Shown: positions 13,901 to 26,000 of the stretch, in pieces
How the letters are laid out: each line of letters begins with the position of its first letter
How positions within the stretch are numbered: the first letter of the stretch is position 1
Assembly: GCA_051294905.1 (NCBI GenBank)
Contig: CM119379.1
Coordinates: 6,386,001-6,450,000, forward strand
Reading direction: 5' to 3'
Source: Botryllus schlosseri
Lineage: Eukaryota
Length of the DNA stretch: 64,000 nt
The notes under the pieces: generated by a model
Seen by the model: only the letters and a program-made list of their open reading frames with translations
The model's database searches: none
Told to the model about the DNA's origin: nothing
Translations under genes and position numbers: made by a program

Positions 13901-14287
13901 AATTCTCTGATTGTGCGATCCGCCAAAAGGGCACACGTATGCATATCCTTTGTTGCTATATTTCTACGTAAATTATAGTGGTTGTTCATCAACGTCAGAT
14001 GAATTAATAGCTGAAAGTTAATGATACAGTAATGGCAAGTTTCCTGGTGTGATACTGAACAGTTTGATTGTGATGTCGCAATAGCGATTAGTGAGTGATC
14101 AGTATGTCGGCCTTACTCAGAAATTTATCTCAGATATATACCGTCCAGCCGTTATTACCAATTGCGACAAATAATCAAAATTTCTATTCAGGTGCCTATT
14201 GTCCGCGAGGAATTTGTGCTGGATTGCCTGCGGCGAAAAAAGTATTTGAAGATAGAAGGATATTTTTATAACAGTGCAATGACTTAA
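4938..14287 (+). CDS. VWA-domain protein with C-terminal BRCT domain (16 exons, 653 aa)
   Basis: Exons 4938-5036, 5710-5877, 6022-6138, 6322-6413, 6854-7040, 7137-7225, 7396-7489, 8333-8434, 8496-8628, 11253-11424, 12182-12355, 12430-12571, 12639-12685, 13617-13726, 13797-13936, 14192-14287. All are GT-AG and phase-compatible, totalling 1962 nt. MIDAS motifs: VLVIDVSSS, NTNLESG, VLFTDG. BRCT motifs: VFGCKTILLS, DLIARHGG, VPIVREEFVLDCL..KYL. Exon 1 is the least certain. Confidence 0.8.
7707..8180 (+). mobile_element. 3' end of an L2/CR1-like LINE (intronic)
   Basis: GPKIWNDIPSAMKEMSFSASCREFKSHLL* is a typical ORF2 C-terminus. It is followed by a T-rich 3' UTR, a GGTCC-CTAA-GGACC hairpin, AATAAA and a (TATCTC)n tail. 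Confidence 0.7.
9519..10870. mobile_element. Short hAT-like MITE (about 100 bp) split by a LINE insertion
   Basis: 15-bp TIRs CAATGTTCCCTCTAA (9519) and TTAGAGGGAACATTG (ends 10870). The flanking 8-mers match at only 5/8. Confidence 0.7.
9540..10783 (+). mobile_element. 5'-truncated L2/CR1-like LINE with frameshifted reverse transcriptase
   Basis: GVPQGSVLGP, YVNDI and LFADD motifs at 9640-9746 across frameshifts. ORF 9741-10541 contains W...NNL.IN.SK, YLGVLID and WNSIP. It ends in an (ATG)n tail, and ATTTTTG occurs at both junctions (putative TSD). Confidence 0.9.
11640..11900. repeat. Dispersed repeat family B copy with internal inverted repeat
   Basis: CCAATTCCAACGAGTAAAAGTGAAGCTATT and its reverse complement lie about 180 nt apart. 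The core TTGGCTCAATTCCAACCAGT recurs at about 26335, 26500, 26630, 28994, 29141, 35184 and 35328. Confidence 0.55.
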
Positions 14288-15938
14288 TGTATTCGGTATG
14301 GAATATGTCCTCATCAGCAGGCGCAGAAGGGACTTGGGATCTGGACATTGTATATCTCTAACAACAGTAGGCCTATGTAGTGTGTTTAGGCCAAGTTTGT
14401 AATGTCATGACTTCCTCAAGCGAAAATACACGACAGGACGACATATGAGTCTGTGTACGCACTGTGCACTATATACGATATATATTCTGTTAATCTGCAA
14501 ATGGAAAATTGAAAACACATATTGACGCATGTCTGAAATGGTTACATGACTCGTTATTTATTGGTATATGAGTTTTAATCAACATTAACACCAGCAGCGC
14601 TTAGATTTTAGGAAGCCGCTCTCCTAAAATACATGCTTTTCATGCCGGGTTCCAGTGAAAAGTTATGAAGGCAGATGTCTTTTGCCATTTGGGTTTTGTC
14701 AACCACAGAGCGGTATACAGTATTGAATTCTGTCATCGGAGTGACGGGAAACAAATTTTCGTTTCATGGGATTGAGATGGAAAATGTGGTTTTGGTAAAT
14801 ATCCTAAATGCAATTAAAGTTGTCTTGTCTACAAGAAAAATAGACAAGTAAATCTGTTGACGACAATCGAAACTATTTTCCCACCTATACTTCCGTAAAT
14901 TCAAAAGGATAGGCTATTATTGTCTCGTGGTAGTCGCGACAACGTGCGGAATGTTATTGTATTTAAATGCCCTATTGGCAATTTGACATCGGAGTCGAGG
15001 AAGGAGTGATGACTTTTGCCAATCATAACGCTAAGTGAAAAGTCTGCTACTTCTTCAGCGTGTAAGTTGCAAAAGTACCGCAAGAAATCCCAAATTATCA
15101 TTTATAATGCCCGACCTATCACCTCCTAATTTGACGTATTATACGAAACGTACCACTGAAATTCAAAAGGGATCCAAAATCATCCCTCTGATTCGTCTTC
15201 TTCATATCCGTCAATTTAATAAGTAGACTGCGCTACAGCATCCGGACAAGGAATGTTACAATAATTTAGACCGGTGGTCCCCAACGTGGGTGATATCACC
15301 CCCTCCCCCAGTGAACGATTTTAAGAAACGAAGGGAGAAACGTTAGAACGTCCAGTGAGTTATATTTAATTAAAACGGCCAAATGCACTTGAAGATGGCT
15401 CATTTTTAGATATGACGTGAAATTCAACTAAAAAAGGTCAACTCAACACGTAAAGTAGAGCACCTACTCGGGAAAATGACCAAATTTTTAGTCAATTTAC
15501 AATCGATCAGAGTTGGGTGGATACTTTTCTTGTTAATTTGTCCCCCTTTTCGGATTCGTAAATGTGTGTGTGTGGGGGGGGGGGGGGGCGAAATTTGTGC
15601 CGAGCTGTACAAGGGAACGATGAGTCGAAAAAGGGTTTGCAAATATTCTGTGACCCACTCCTTATCCTAGAGTCATAGAGTTGTGAATTTTACGATTTTA
15701 CGATCCGCGCCATCTATTGAGAATGCTGTATTGGGTCATAAGCGAACTGTTGTCTCCATAACGCCCCGTAGATACACTCAGATATCGCGCATAGCGCTCA
15801 CTTTGTTCAGCATTTAGCAAACAAACTCGAATGTATATTGTACAGTAGTAGCCTACACGCTTGTGGCTTATGTTCTATTCCCGCCAAATCCAAGTATTAC
15901 AAGCTACTCTGGTATTGTAGTTTCCGTCTTCACGAAAG

Positions 15939-16060
15939 CAGGGTTGTAACCAAGTCACAAGGTCATGAGTAACAAGGCAATCTCACTTTTATAGTTTTGA
16001 CTCGAGTCAAGTCGAGTCATTTTCAATTCACCATAGCGAGTCAAATTCGAGTTCAGGTCA
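15939..16060 (+). mobile_element. Truncated left end of hAT MITE family A
   Basis: Starts CAGGGTTGTAACCAAGTCACAAG and aligns with the full copies at 36691 and 53299. Confidence 0.65.
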
Positions 16061-16517
16061 GCTTGTGTAGTTTCAGTCGGTGGGCCTGATATGGGATAGT
16101 GTGGTAGCCTACTTAGCGGACCGGATTCCTGAATCGAAACATTAATCGCGTAGGCCTATTTATCCACCTATAGAAGGAATTTATCCTATTCAATGTGAAC
16201 TTTAAGGTTAAAGAATGGAGACCGAAAAGAGTATTTAATTAATTTATTATCATAATGTGGGCCTACTTCAATAGCTGCTGGAGTCAATGACTCAGCATCA
16301 GTGGTCAACAAGTTCTTTGAAGTCTGGCTGCATGACGAACGTGGAAACTCCTCAGTGAAGAATGCACGTTAACGTCAGTTAGATTTGAACGCAGCTTTGC
16401 CTTGTTAACGTTGATGGTCGAAAATGTTTGCTCGCAAATGTATGTAGACCAGTGGGTCACATTATCATGTACGAACAGAAACTGTTCGAGGACCGCTCAA
16501 AATCCCGTCGCAGGCCG

Positions 16518-17515
16518 TATTTGACTTGAGTCACCTTTTTCGCATGACTTGACTTCACACTCGAGTCACTTTTCAAATATGACTTGACTTGACTCGACGT
16601 TTCAGAAATGCGGATTGACTCGTGACTCGAAGCAAAATTTACGAGCCAATTTTAAGTCATCAAGTAATCGATGTCGACTGAATCGCTGTATCTCGTGTAA
16701 GTTCGGATTGTTAACGATACGCTGGTGTGACCTGTGAGAGCAACCAATTACTCAATGATTGTAGCTTTCAATACAATATCCATGTAAAATAATATTTATT
16801 GAACTCGAAGACTTTTCGGGTGCCTCTTTTCAAGAGTTAGCGGCACGTTTTACCGAGCCTCCATTATTGTTATATCTAAAATAAATTGATCGCAAGCGCA
16901 GTAATCGGAGCTTACAAGCTTACGTTGTCGTAAGCTAGTATAATAAAGTAATATACCAGTACTGCATCTCTGCTCTTTAAACTGCTCACAGCAGTGTCAA
17001 GTGCTCACCTTAACCAACCCTTTGTATGATTTAAATCGAACGAATATAGTACATACGTAGGCTATATAGGCCTACTTGCATATCATGGATATGTAGATGG
17101 GTAGGGTATTGCACCGTATCATTTTCCAACTTGCTGACGTTTTGTATTGTATCCTATATTTTGGCTGTTGCGTAGTTGAGAAGTTCTGTGTATGCGTGAG
17201 CGATACAGCGCCTTTTTGCGCGTATAATTAACTTTTTACCCGCGATTCAGAATAAATGGACTCCATCTGTATTCAAAACTGTTAGGAAAGTGCAATGACT
17301 TCGAATCATGTCTCGTCCTTTGAAAATTCAGCTTGACTCGACTAGTGACTTGACTTGACTTGAATTGACTCGACTTGACTCGAGTCACCTCCAAAAATCG
17401 GGTGACTCGACTTGACTCGGGTCACTTTTAAAAAGCGAGTCAAAAACTCGAGTCAAAATGTGCAAAGACTCGAGATGACTCGTGACTCGAAGGTAGTGAC
17501 TTGATCCCAACACTG
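16518..17515 (-). mobile_element. hAT MITE, inverted and one-end-truncated copy of the 17804-18743 element
   Basis: Ends ...GTAGTGACTTGATCCCAACACTG at 17515, the reverse complement of the 17804 start. Similarity runs along the whole length and (GACTT)n arrays are present. The other TIR was not found. Confidence 0.8.
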
Positions 17516-17803
17516 GTACATGGGTCGTGGCCGCTTCATTCGTTCGCTGTTCTCCCGAAAAAAAAACGAAGAAGAATTGTGACATCGGGAACTAGGTCGA
17601 GGTGGCCAGTTTAAGGTGAATTTAAGGTGGTTTAAGAGACCGCAACTGCTCGTTCGGCATCCTCCTATCTGTATCGCGTTGTATCTTATCGCGTTGTACA
17701 TTCTGTGTGTCTTGATCAGGTCAAAATATGATCTGGCGATTATTGATATTAATTGCCATGCGCAGACTATAGATTACTAACTTACGGAGTTCGTAATCTA
17801 TAC

Positions 17804-18743
17804 CAGTGTTGGGATCAAGTCACTACCTTCGAGTCACGAGTCATTTCGAGTCATTGCACATTTTGACTAGAGTCAAGTCATGTCAATCGACTTTCGAAGG
17901 TGACTCGAGTCAAGTCAAGTCAAGTCACGACCCAAGGCACAATTCAAGTCAAGTTGCCTTTACGGAGTATGAGGCATGATTACGTCATTGCATTTTGCTA
18001 GCTGTCTGAAATACAGATTGAGTGGCCATTGATTCTGAACCGATGAACGAATTTCTAGTTAAAAACAGACTGAACAAGGCGGGCTGTATCGCTCACATAT
18101 ACGTAGAACTGTTAAACTACGTAAGTAATTGCATAGCCCAGTTTAGTTACCAGCCAAAATTGAGAATAGAGAATCGAGTTGATAAGATGCAATACATTAC
18201 CCATTTATACATATTGATATGATGCAATTCGAGTCTGCGCCAATGGTTGAGAAATATATAAACTGTATTCGATAAGGTTTCGTTAAGAAATAGAACAGAA
18301 ATATTTATTTTGCTACAAATTATTTTACCAGTTGTTTACGACAACGTAAGCTGTAAGCTTCGATCACTTTGTTTGCGGTCAATTTATTTGTGAGAGAACA
18401 ATGGAGGCTCAGTAAAACGCACGGTCATGGAATAATGGGTCGCTCTCGCGAGTTACACTATAGATAACTAACCTAACGTAGGTTAGTTATCTATAGTTAC
18501 ACGCTTACACCAGCGCTTCGCGAACAATCCTGTCACAGTGATTTTTATCGACACCGATTACTTGATGCGGACTTGAAATTGACTCGTGAATTTTGCTCCG
18601 AGTCACGAGTCAATCCACATTTCTGATACGACGAGTCCAGTCAAGTCAAGTCAAGTCAGTTTAGCAAAGTGACTCGAGTCAAGTCAAGTCATACGAAAAA
18701 GGTGACTCGAGTCTGACTCATGATTCGAGTCATCCCAACACTG
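17804..18743 (+). mobile_element. hAT MITE, 940 bp
   Basis: TIRs CAGTGTTGGGAT / ATCCCAACACTG. Perfect 8-bp TSD ATCTATAC at 17796-17803 and 18744-18751. Subterminal GACTCGAGTC and (CAAGT)n arrays. Confidence 0.9.
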
Positions 18744-18784
18744 ATCTATACTAATATCTTCCAAAAATAGATACTTTCGCCTTA

Positions 18785-18821
18785 ACACCTGATGAAAGAG
18801 CGGCGCTCGGAAAGCTCGTGT
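18785..18821 (+). ncRNA. Minimal type I hammerhead ribozyme-like motif (Penelope/retrozyme type)
   Basis: ACAC-CTGATGA-AA-GAGC-ggc-GCTC-G-GAAA-GCTC-GTGT gives stem I ACAC/GTGT, stem II GAGC/GCTC and palindromic stem III AGCT. AATAAA follows at 18826. There are extra bases at the foot of stem II. Confidence 0.55.
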
Positions 18822-20305
18822 AACTAATAAAGTTACATTCATTCGCAAGTGGATGTTAAATAGAGTGTGCACTGTGCAAGCGACCAAGGTCTTGCGTTCA
18901 AAAATAGAGTAATAATGCAGCCCATGTGATCGAGACGTATTTCGGAGCGTATAATTTGATCCCTCCTTTCAGCTACATTGAGTTGGGTTCGCAATCTTGA
19001 CAGGCGACAGTCTGATTGTATTTGGCGACGAGATTCGTGAATTTTACTCTGTCGTATGGTCGCTAATGGTATGAGGTCAACTCGAGGTCTTGGTTTAAAA
19101 CGATAGTTGCATGCCTTTTTCTGATGCGTTTATTGTTTCAATTATATCAATAGTGTAGTGGGTTGCATGAGTCTCATAACTAACTGAAGTGATAAGATGT
19201 ACTAGAGAGATACGTGGAAATTGTAGGATTATATGGCAAAATAGCATAGTAATGCGAGAGATATATAGTAATATGCTCAGAGTCAGTAGTATACACTAGT
19301 TAGTTACAATATGTTTTTTTGTCTAAGTGGTGACACAGTGGTGTTCACTGTTCGATATACTATGAATGAGCACTGTGATAATTTAGTGTATAGATATAAT
19401 ACACCAGGAGGCCTAGATACATCATGTCCAAATTCTTATTATGACTTGTATTATTGCTATTGTGTAATTTTAACAATCTTTAGATTGAACATAAATTAGT
19501 ATGGAAGGTTTCGAGGTGTTCAAATACCTTAATACCTATATGGGTCTATATCCCAATGTGAAATGGTGTCTCGTCCACACTAAAGATTCGACTCCCTGTA
19601 CACCTATAGCCTATAGGTGTGACGCTGAGAACTGTCTGGCGTACCAAATATATTGAGCAGACCTTCCGGGATTCCTACCCGCCCTATCCATTTGTAGTGT
19701 TCGGTTCTAGCAGACAAAGTAATTCAATTAATATCCACTTCAAGTAATTCTTGATGATTCAATTGAGAATATGTGATTGGAATTCTTCCTATAATATTTT
19801 GGTGACCATGAGATTAGCTGTCATATCTATTTGGTTGAGTAATTATCAATGTTTCTCAACCTTTCTAGCACCAGCAGTGAGTCTGGTGAATATTCAAAAC
19901 ATAGTTTGTGGACCATTGAACCTAAAATCAAAATGTACCCAACGAGGCGACAACAAGGACAAAATTATGTAACTCGAGAGTAAAGTATGGAGACTTGAAT
20001 TGGATTAAAAATTTGCTGAGGTGTCATTTTGTTATTTCTCGTCCTATATCTGGTTCTATTGAAGCTTCTCTAAGGCAAAGTCCTCATAAAACTGTTAACT
20101 TGATTTTCACTGTAGGCTTACTTCTGTTTGATGAGTGCTGTCATACTCTCAAATACCGCTATATTGTACTGCTGAGTTTCCTTAGATTTTATTTAAAATC
20201 CCTTCTTCGGTTTCACATAGAAATGGTTGTAGACTAACTTTCCAAAATTTAGTAGAACGATGCAGCATTTTGTACTGTGCGATGAGTCCAAAGCAGACTC
20301 TACAC

Positions 20306-21878
20306 CAGGGGTTCTCAACTTCCCTTGTGTAACGGGCCGCATTTCAACAGCAGAAGACGCTGCGGGCCGCAGAAAAATATTTACATGTATTTGTGGGCTA
20401 ATGTTAAATTTAGGCTAATGTAGCCCATTTACCAGTCGTATACGGCCATGTAGTACGTTTTTATACATTCTAAAGCATTAATGGGCAGCGTTCGTAAGTT
20501 GGCATCTGCTGCTTGTTGTAAGACTATGTAGGCCTATCTTCTTGCGGCGCAAGTAAATCACTTCACGAAGCGTGCATTGCATTCGATACCAAGTCGGTAT
20601 ATTCAACTTCACACCCTTCCACCAGACAACCGAACTCTCTGTTTCAATGCGTGAGAGAGCAAGTATAAAATTACGGTAACTTTTGCGTTACGGAGGCCAT
20701 TATCACATTGAGCTCTGAGTGATATGTGAAGAAGTCTGGTGATTGGGGCCATTTCTGAGCAAACCAATCGGCCCTTTTTCTTTCCTTCCAAGCCTGGAGC
20801 CCTGCATCATTAATTACAGTAGGCAGCTTTGTCAAGTTAATATTTTTGCTGGTCCCCTCCCCACGTTTGCCCAGCCTTATTTACTCAGCATATACGTCCA
20901 CTCTGATAAAATTCAACCAGATGATTAGTTATGCAATATCGGTGGATTCGTCCGAGGCTGGGTTAAGTAGTCTACGCGGCGATGTGTTTCAGAACATGCT
21001 ATAAAATACCGACTGACATTGATGTTTCTCGTCTGGTCACGATTGAATCCGATGACTGTATCTTCGCAATTCGTCGGGTGATCTTGTCCTTGCTACTAAG
21101 TTCCGAAAGCAGCAGATATTCGCACATAATGTTGAGATTTTATTGAAATAACACCTTCTTTAGCAGATTTCTTGCTTCTAGCGATATTCCAATCAATTTT
21201 GAACGATTGGTCTGTATCGTCATCGGCAATCTCAACAAACGTTTACACTGAGTCTAATACTCTTTAAAAATGTAGGCCTACTACGTTGCGAAATTCTCTT
21301 GAACTAGAGTCCAGTCGAATACCGATTCAAATCAATACCAATCTTAAGTCGAGCATACATCAAGAAACGAGAACACGTTAAAGCAGGGGTTCTCAAACTA
21401 TTTTAGACACGCCCCCGTTTTTGATAGGTAAAATTTAGTGCCCCCTTATCGTCATATAACAAAATGCAACCAGAATGCTAGCAACACATACGGCTAGTTC
21501 GATGGCTAGGAAGGTTGGCTGTTGAGAGAAATCTCAAATATGAAATTCTGACTATACACCGAGAAATAACTAGGAAACGGAGATAAATTGCGCAGAGCGC
21601 AAATTTTTTTGCTCAGTTGACCGCATCTTCGCCCCTCCCTCAGATGCTTTCAGGCCCCCAAGGCAGCGCATCCTCCAGTTTGAGAACCACTGCTTTCAAG
21701 AATGAGTAATCAAATGAAAGAGAGACGGTGCGATAAAAGTGCTAAGTTTTAAGATAAAATTAATTTGTAAAAATACCGTGTTAGAAGTAATTGCGTTTAT
21801 AATGAAAGATGTCGCGGGCCGTAAAATATTAGTCTGCGGGCCGCATGCGGCCCGCGGGCCGCGGGTTGAGAACCCCTG
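20306..21878. mobile_element. Charlie/Buster-type non-autonomous hAT element
   Basis: TIRs CAGGGGTTCTCAAC / GTTGAGAACCCCTG, subterminal GCGGGCCGC motifs, and a perfect 8-bp TSD CTCTACAC at 20298-20305 and 21879-21886. Confidence 0.9.
21384..21692. mobile_element. Second Charlie-type MITE nested in the 20306-21878 element
   Basis: TIRs CAGGGGTTCTCAAACT / AGTTTGAGAACCACTG. Flanks CGTTAAAG / CTTTCAAG match at 6/8. Confidence 0.75.
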
Positions 21879-22054
21879 CTCTACACTATTTCAAATTGCT
21901 GCAAATTACCTCATAAATTTCTTGATTAATTCCGAATTTGTTGTTCTATCTCTCAATTTAATGGACAGGCCTTCAGATCCTTAGATTTTACAATTCAGAT
22001 ATGAAGTTAAAATATTTCTAAGTAATATTTATTATGAAGTCTTGATAAGAGATT

Positions 22055-22311
22055 GAGCGAGATAGTGTAATGGTTATGCGTCCGGCTTCTCGAGCGGTAG
22101 GTCGTGGGTTTGATCCCCGGCCGGGTCATACCAAAGACTCGAAAAATGGTATCCGCAGCTATCCTGCTAGGCGCTCAGCAATCACGGATAGCATGGAGGA
22201 GAAAAAAAAAACGGGGGCGCAGACTAGATGACCTCTTGGGGCCGTATCGCAACTCCGTCGCCAAAGCATCTCGATGGTGCAGGCGAGAAAGAATATCATC
22301 TCTCTCTCTCT
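22055..22311 (+). mobile_element. tRNA-derived SINE
   Basis: A box TAGTGTAATGG and B box GGTTTGATCC. Central GGTCATACCAAAGACT..AAAAATGGTATCC..CCTGCTAGGCGCTCAGCA resembles a conserved animal SINE core (possibly the Meta domain, from memory). LINE-like 3' end and (TC)n tail. Confidence 0.8.
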
Positions 22312-23088
22312 TTAATTGTATATCCAGGCCAATATAGTCTGATGTCATTTATTCACTATTTGAAACTTCATCTCTTATGTACTTGTTTTCAGTGAATAAG
22401 TTCGCCTCATCTTAGAATTCATGAAAATTGTATGAGAATTGATAAATGAATGCTTATATAGTCACGTTGGCCTCAACAATGTGCCTCAAGTTGGCTTGAC
22501 TAATATGGGAATTTAGATAATTTTTATCATCTGAAGATCAGATATGCCCAAAACACATGGGCAGTTGAGCACTCTTCGATTAAGACCATATGAGGTTCTG
22601 CAATACACCGTACTGATTTTGATTTCGATATACTTGTCAGATTATTATTTACATAAGCTTTGTAATTCAATAAGGCTTCATGATTGGTCATTTCGATTAG
22701 CCTACACGAGTGGTCTTATGAATTTTCCACTGTAGGCTACATCGTCAGAATCTCTCAAGCCTAGTAGATTATTTCAAAAGTTGTCAATGAGTTCGACTAG
22801 AAATGTTAATTATCAGGAAGGTTACTAAGAAGGTTATTAAAATGACGTTCAACTAGGTTTGCTATAAAATCATAATTTGCATCGTTAGATGCTGCATATT
22901 CTACCATATTATAGCGAATATCTATTAAGAGGGGGGTCGGATCGGTCAATTTATTCAAACATAATTCCAACCCTCCGAAATGTTGCAGATATTTAGCCAC
23001 CAATAATTCTCGGATAGAAGCATTTCAAGTGGATCCTCGTGGAACCGTGCTCTTTATAAGCAGAGTGGTATAGTGATTGGTTTGTGGC

Positions 23089-26000
23089 ATGGCGTCACCA
23101 CCTTCACAAATTTATGGCCATGGGACCAATGCAGCTTATAATTTTCGATTAGTGCGGGTCAAGGTATTGTCCGGACATAATCTTGCGAAAAAGGATATAT
23201 TTGGGGCCAGGTAAGATCTGATCCATAATCTTCATCGTTGCATGATGTGAATTGTATAGTTTATTCTTTCAGTGATCCTTATGTCAAAGTGTCTTTATAC
23301 AAACCGAAGAGAAATGGCCAGAGTCATGAAAACATTATGAATGTCAACACGAAAACGAAGAAAAAGGTATATCAAATGCAATAGAAGCAGTTTTGGACTG
23401 TATTTTAAGTTTGTTGACTGGCCCCTATGTGTTTACAAGGTAATAATCACACACACTACAAGTTTTATATGAATGGTACGGAAATGACAGAAATATGGTT
23501 TATCACTTTAATAGTATGACACATTGTATTGGTTATTTTTCTCATATTTTTAGACTCTGAATCCGAAATGGGAAGAAGAATTCGTGTTCAGGGTATGTAT
23601 TTGAAACTAAAATGTATTTCAACTATAAAGTTTGGCACGACCCACGAGTAACTCCATGTCGAGTTCACCAGAAAAACGGAAAAATGTAACCAATTTTTCA
23701 GTTTTTCTTGAAAATTGGCATGCATAGAAAACTTCATTTTCTGATTTCAGAAGAACAAATTTTATCAAAATCGGTCAACTAGAATCGAAGATATGGCCGT
23801 TCAAAAATTGCTGTTTTTGTAATCGCTCAAGCGGAAAAAATGTATAAAATTTATACATGTAATTTGAATTTGCCATATTTACGTCAAATTAAGGGTATTG
23901 CAGGTGATAATTTCATACTTGGCCATTCACACCCTACTTCATTCTCTTACCCGTTTTTTGGCACATGGGGTTGCATAGTTTGACCTGTGACCCCATGATT
24001 TTGTTTGTACCTCCAGAAATCACTCACGCTTGACGGCGTTTTCAATTTCAAATATCTCTTGCTGACCAGGTGGTATCACCAAGTGTGAGGTGTCGTTGGA
24101 AAGCTCTTGTAAAGGACTTTTGAAATCAACAGTAATATTAGTGGGGAATTAATCGAAACATTTAAAAAATTCGTTGTGAAACAGTCTTGAAAAAATTGTT
24201 GAGTTTTTGAAAATTGTTGCAATTTTACTTAACATAACAGGTGTCAGTCTTATATTTGTAGCATGAATATTCGTAAAATAAGTTCTGTTTTGGAAGCTGG
24301 TTGTCACAAAAAGTTTTTCCATTACCAAAAGCAGAAATCATCAATAATTCAAAATGTATTATTATTATATTAATTAAAAATGGGACAAGACAAAAAATTC
24401 AAAAATAAATCTCAATTGTAAAGCAAAGTTGTCAGGGTATTTCAAGTTGAATTAGTAGAGCCAGATAAAGTGAAAAATAGAAATGAATCAGGTTTGGAAA
24501 AAAGAAATACTGTAACTCAAATTCAACAAGATCTCCAAAAATTCGAGTCCTAACAATGGCTCCAGTAACATTGGTGAAGAAAAAAAAATTTTGAGTAAGT
24601 GAAAGGATGGTGAGAGATGCCAAAGAGTTAGGAAAAAGACAACGGATATTCTTTGCCACCACCACGAAAAGGAGGAAAGAATTCAAAAGGTTGTAATTTT
24701 TTTTAAAACAACGAATGTAGCAGGATGATGATAGGAATGAAAGACCGAGTTGGCATTAAAAAGAATCTGTATCAAAAAAAACATCAACTTTTATGTACTC
24801 TGAAAGAATTAAAGGCCCTGTTTAAACAGCGAAGCCCTGATTTAAATATTGGACTAGCTCTCAATTAAGACCAAAATGGTGAGTTAGTGTAGAAGCATCT
24901 AGTACACATCCAGTATTCTGATATCTGCTTCTAAGTATTGTGTATTCAACTCAAACTGTGCAGGAAAATTCCCTTACGTTCTTAAAAATCTTTTTAAAAT
25001 TATTGTCAACACATTCTATGTGAGCAATTATCTGATTGAATTATACCGATTACCCTCCATACAAAGTAATTGACAGATAGAATAAAAGTGAAATTAGGTA
25101 TTCTACAGAGTTTGTTTTATGAGTGTAAGATGAGAATTTAGATTGAAACATGTTATATGCATGTTAGTTCCTAGTTTCTTCTGAAAGTTACTTTTCCTTT
25201 TCGTGGTGCTGGCAAAGAACAAACTTCATTGTCTTTTTCTTGCTCTTTAGCATCTCTCACCAACCTTTCATTTGCTCAAAAATTTTGAGATTTTCTGGAG
25301 CCATTGTTAGGACTCGAACGATTTGAGCTCTTGATGAATTTGGATTATTGATTTTTCTTTTTATATTATATTTTCGAAAGTTGCTTCGTTACAATTTTTC
25401 ACTTTATTTGTCGGCCATCTCCACTAATTCTGGCATCTCATCACCTTGAAAACCTTGACAAGCTTTGCTTTAACATTGAGATTAAAGTTTTCTTTTGACA
25501 TATCCAATTTTCAATTGATAAAATATGATCTATTTTTAATTTTTGTTTTTGGTAGTGGAAAACCTTTTTGTGAGAACCAGCTTCGAAAACGGAACCTATA
25601 CTAGAAATACAAGACTTAATCAATAGGCTTGCAGCCTGTTATGAATGTATAATAGAAAAAATTTTCAAAAACGTGACAACTTTTTAAAGACTGTTTTACA
25701 ACAAATTTTTGGATTGTTTCGATTAATTCCCCACTAGTATTATTGTTGATTTCAAAAGCTTTCCAACGACACCTCAAACTTGGTGTTACCACCTGGTCAG
25801 CAAGAGATATTTGCAATTGAAAATGCCGTCACGCGTGAGTGATTTCTGAAAGTGCGAACAAAATCATGGGGTCACAGGTCAAGCTATGCAACCTCAGGTG
25901 TCGAGCAAGGGGTATAAGTATGAAGTAGGGTGTAAATGACCAAGTTTGAAAGTATCACCCTCAACACCCCTAATTTGACCAAAATATGGCAAATTTAAAT

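Noticed and set aside
13613-13936. Minus-strand ORF ending in a PHD-like EIPKAEWFC
   Set aside because: It is the antisense shadow of the BRCT exons and lacks the other zinc ligands.
16520-18743. Regular (GACTT)n/GACTCGAGTC arrays resembling a CRISPR array or satellite
   Set aside because: There is no constant repeat-spacer period, the DNA is eukaryotic, and the arrays are MITE subterminal repeats.
22055-22130. tRNA gene
   Set aside because: A and B boxes are present, but there is no closing acceptor stem or oligo-T terminator, and the sequence continues into a SINE body.
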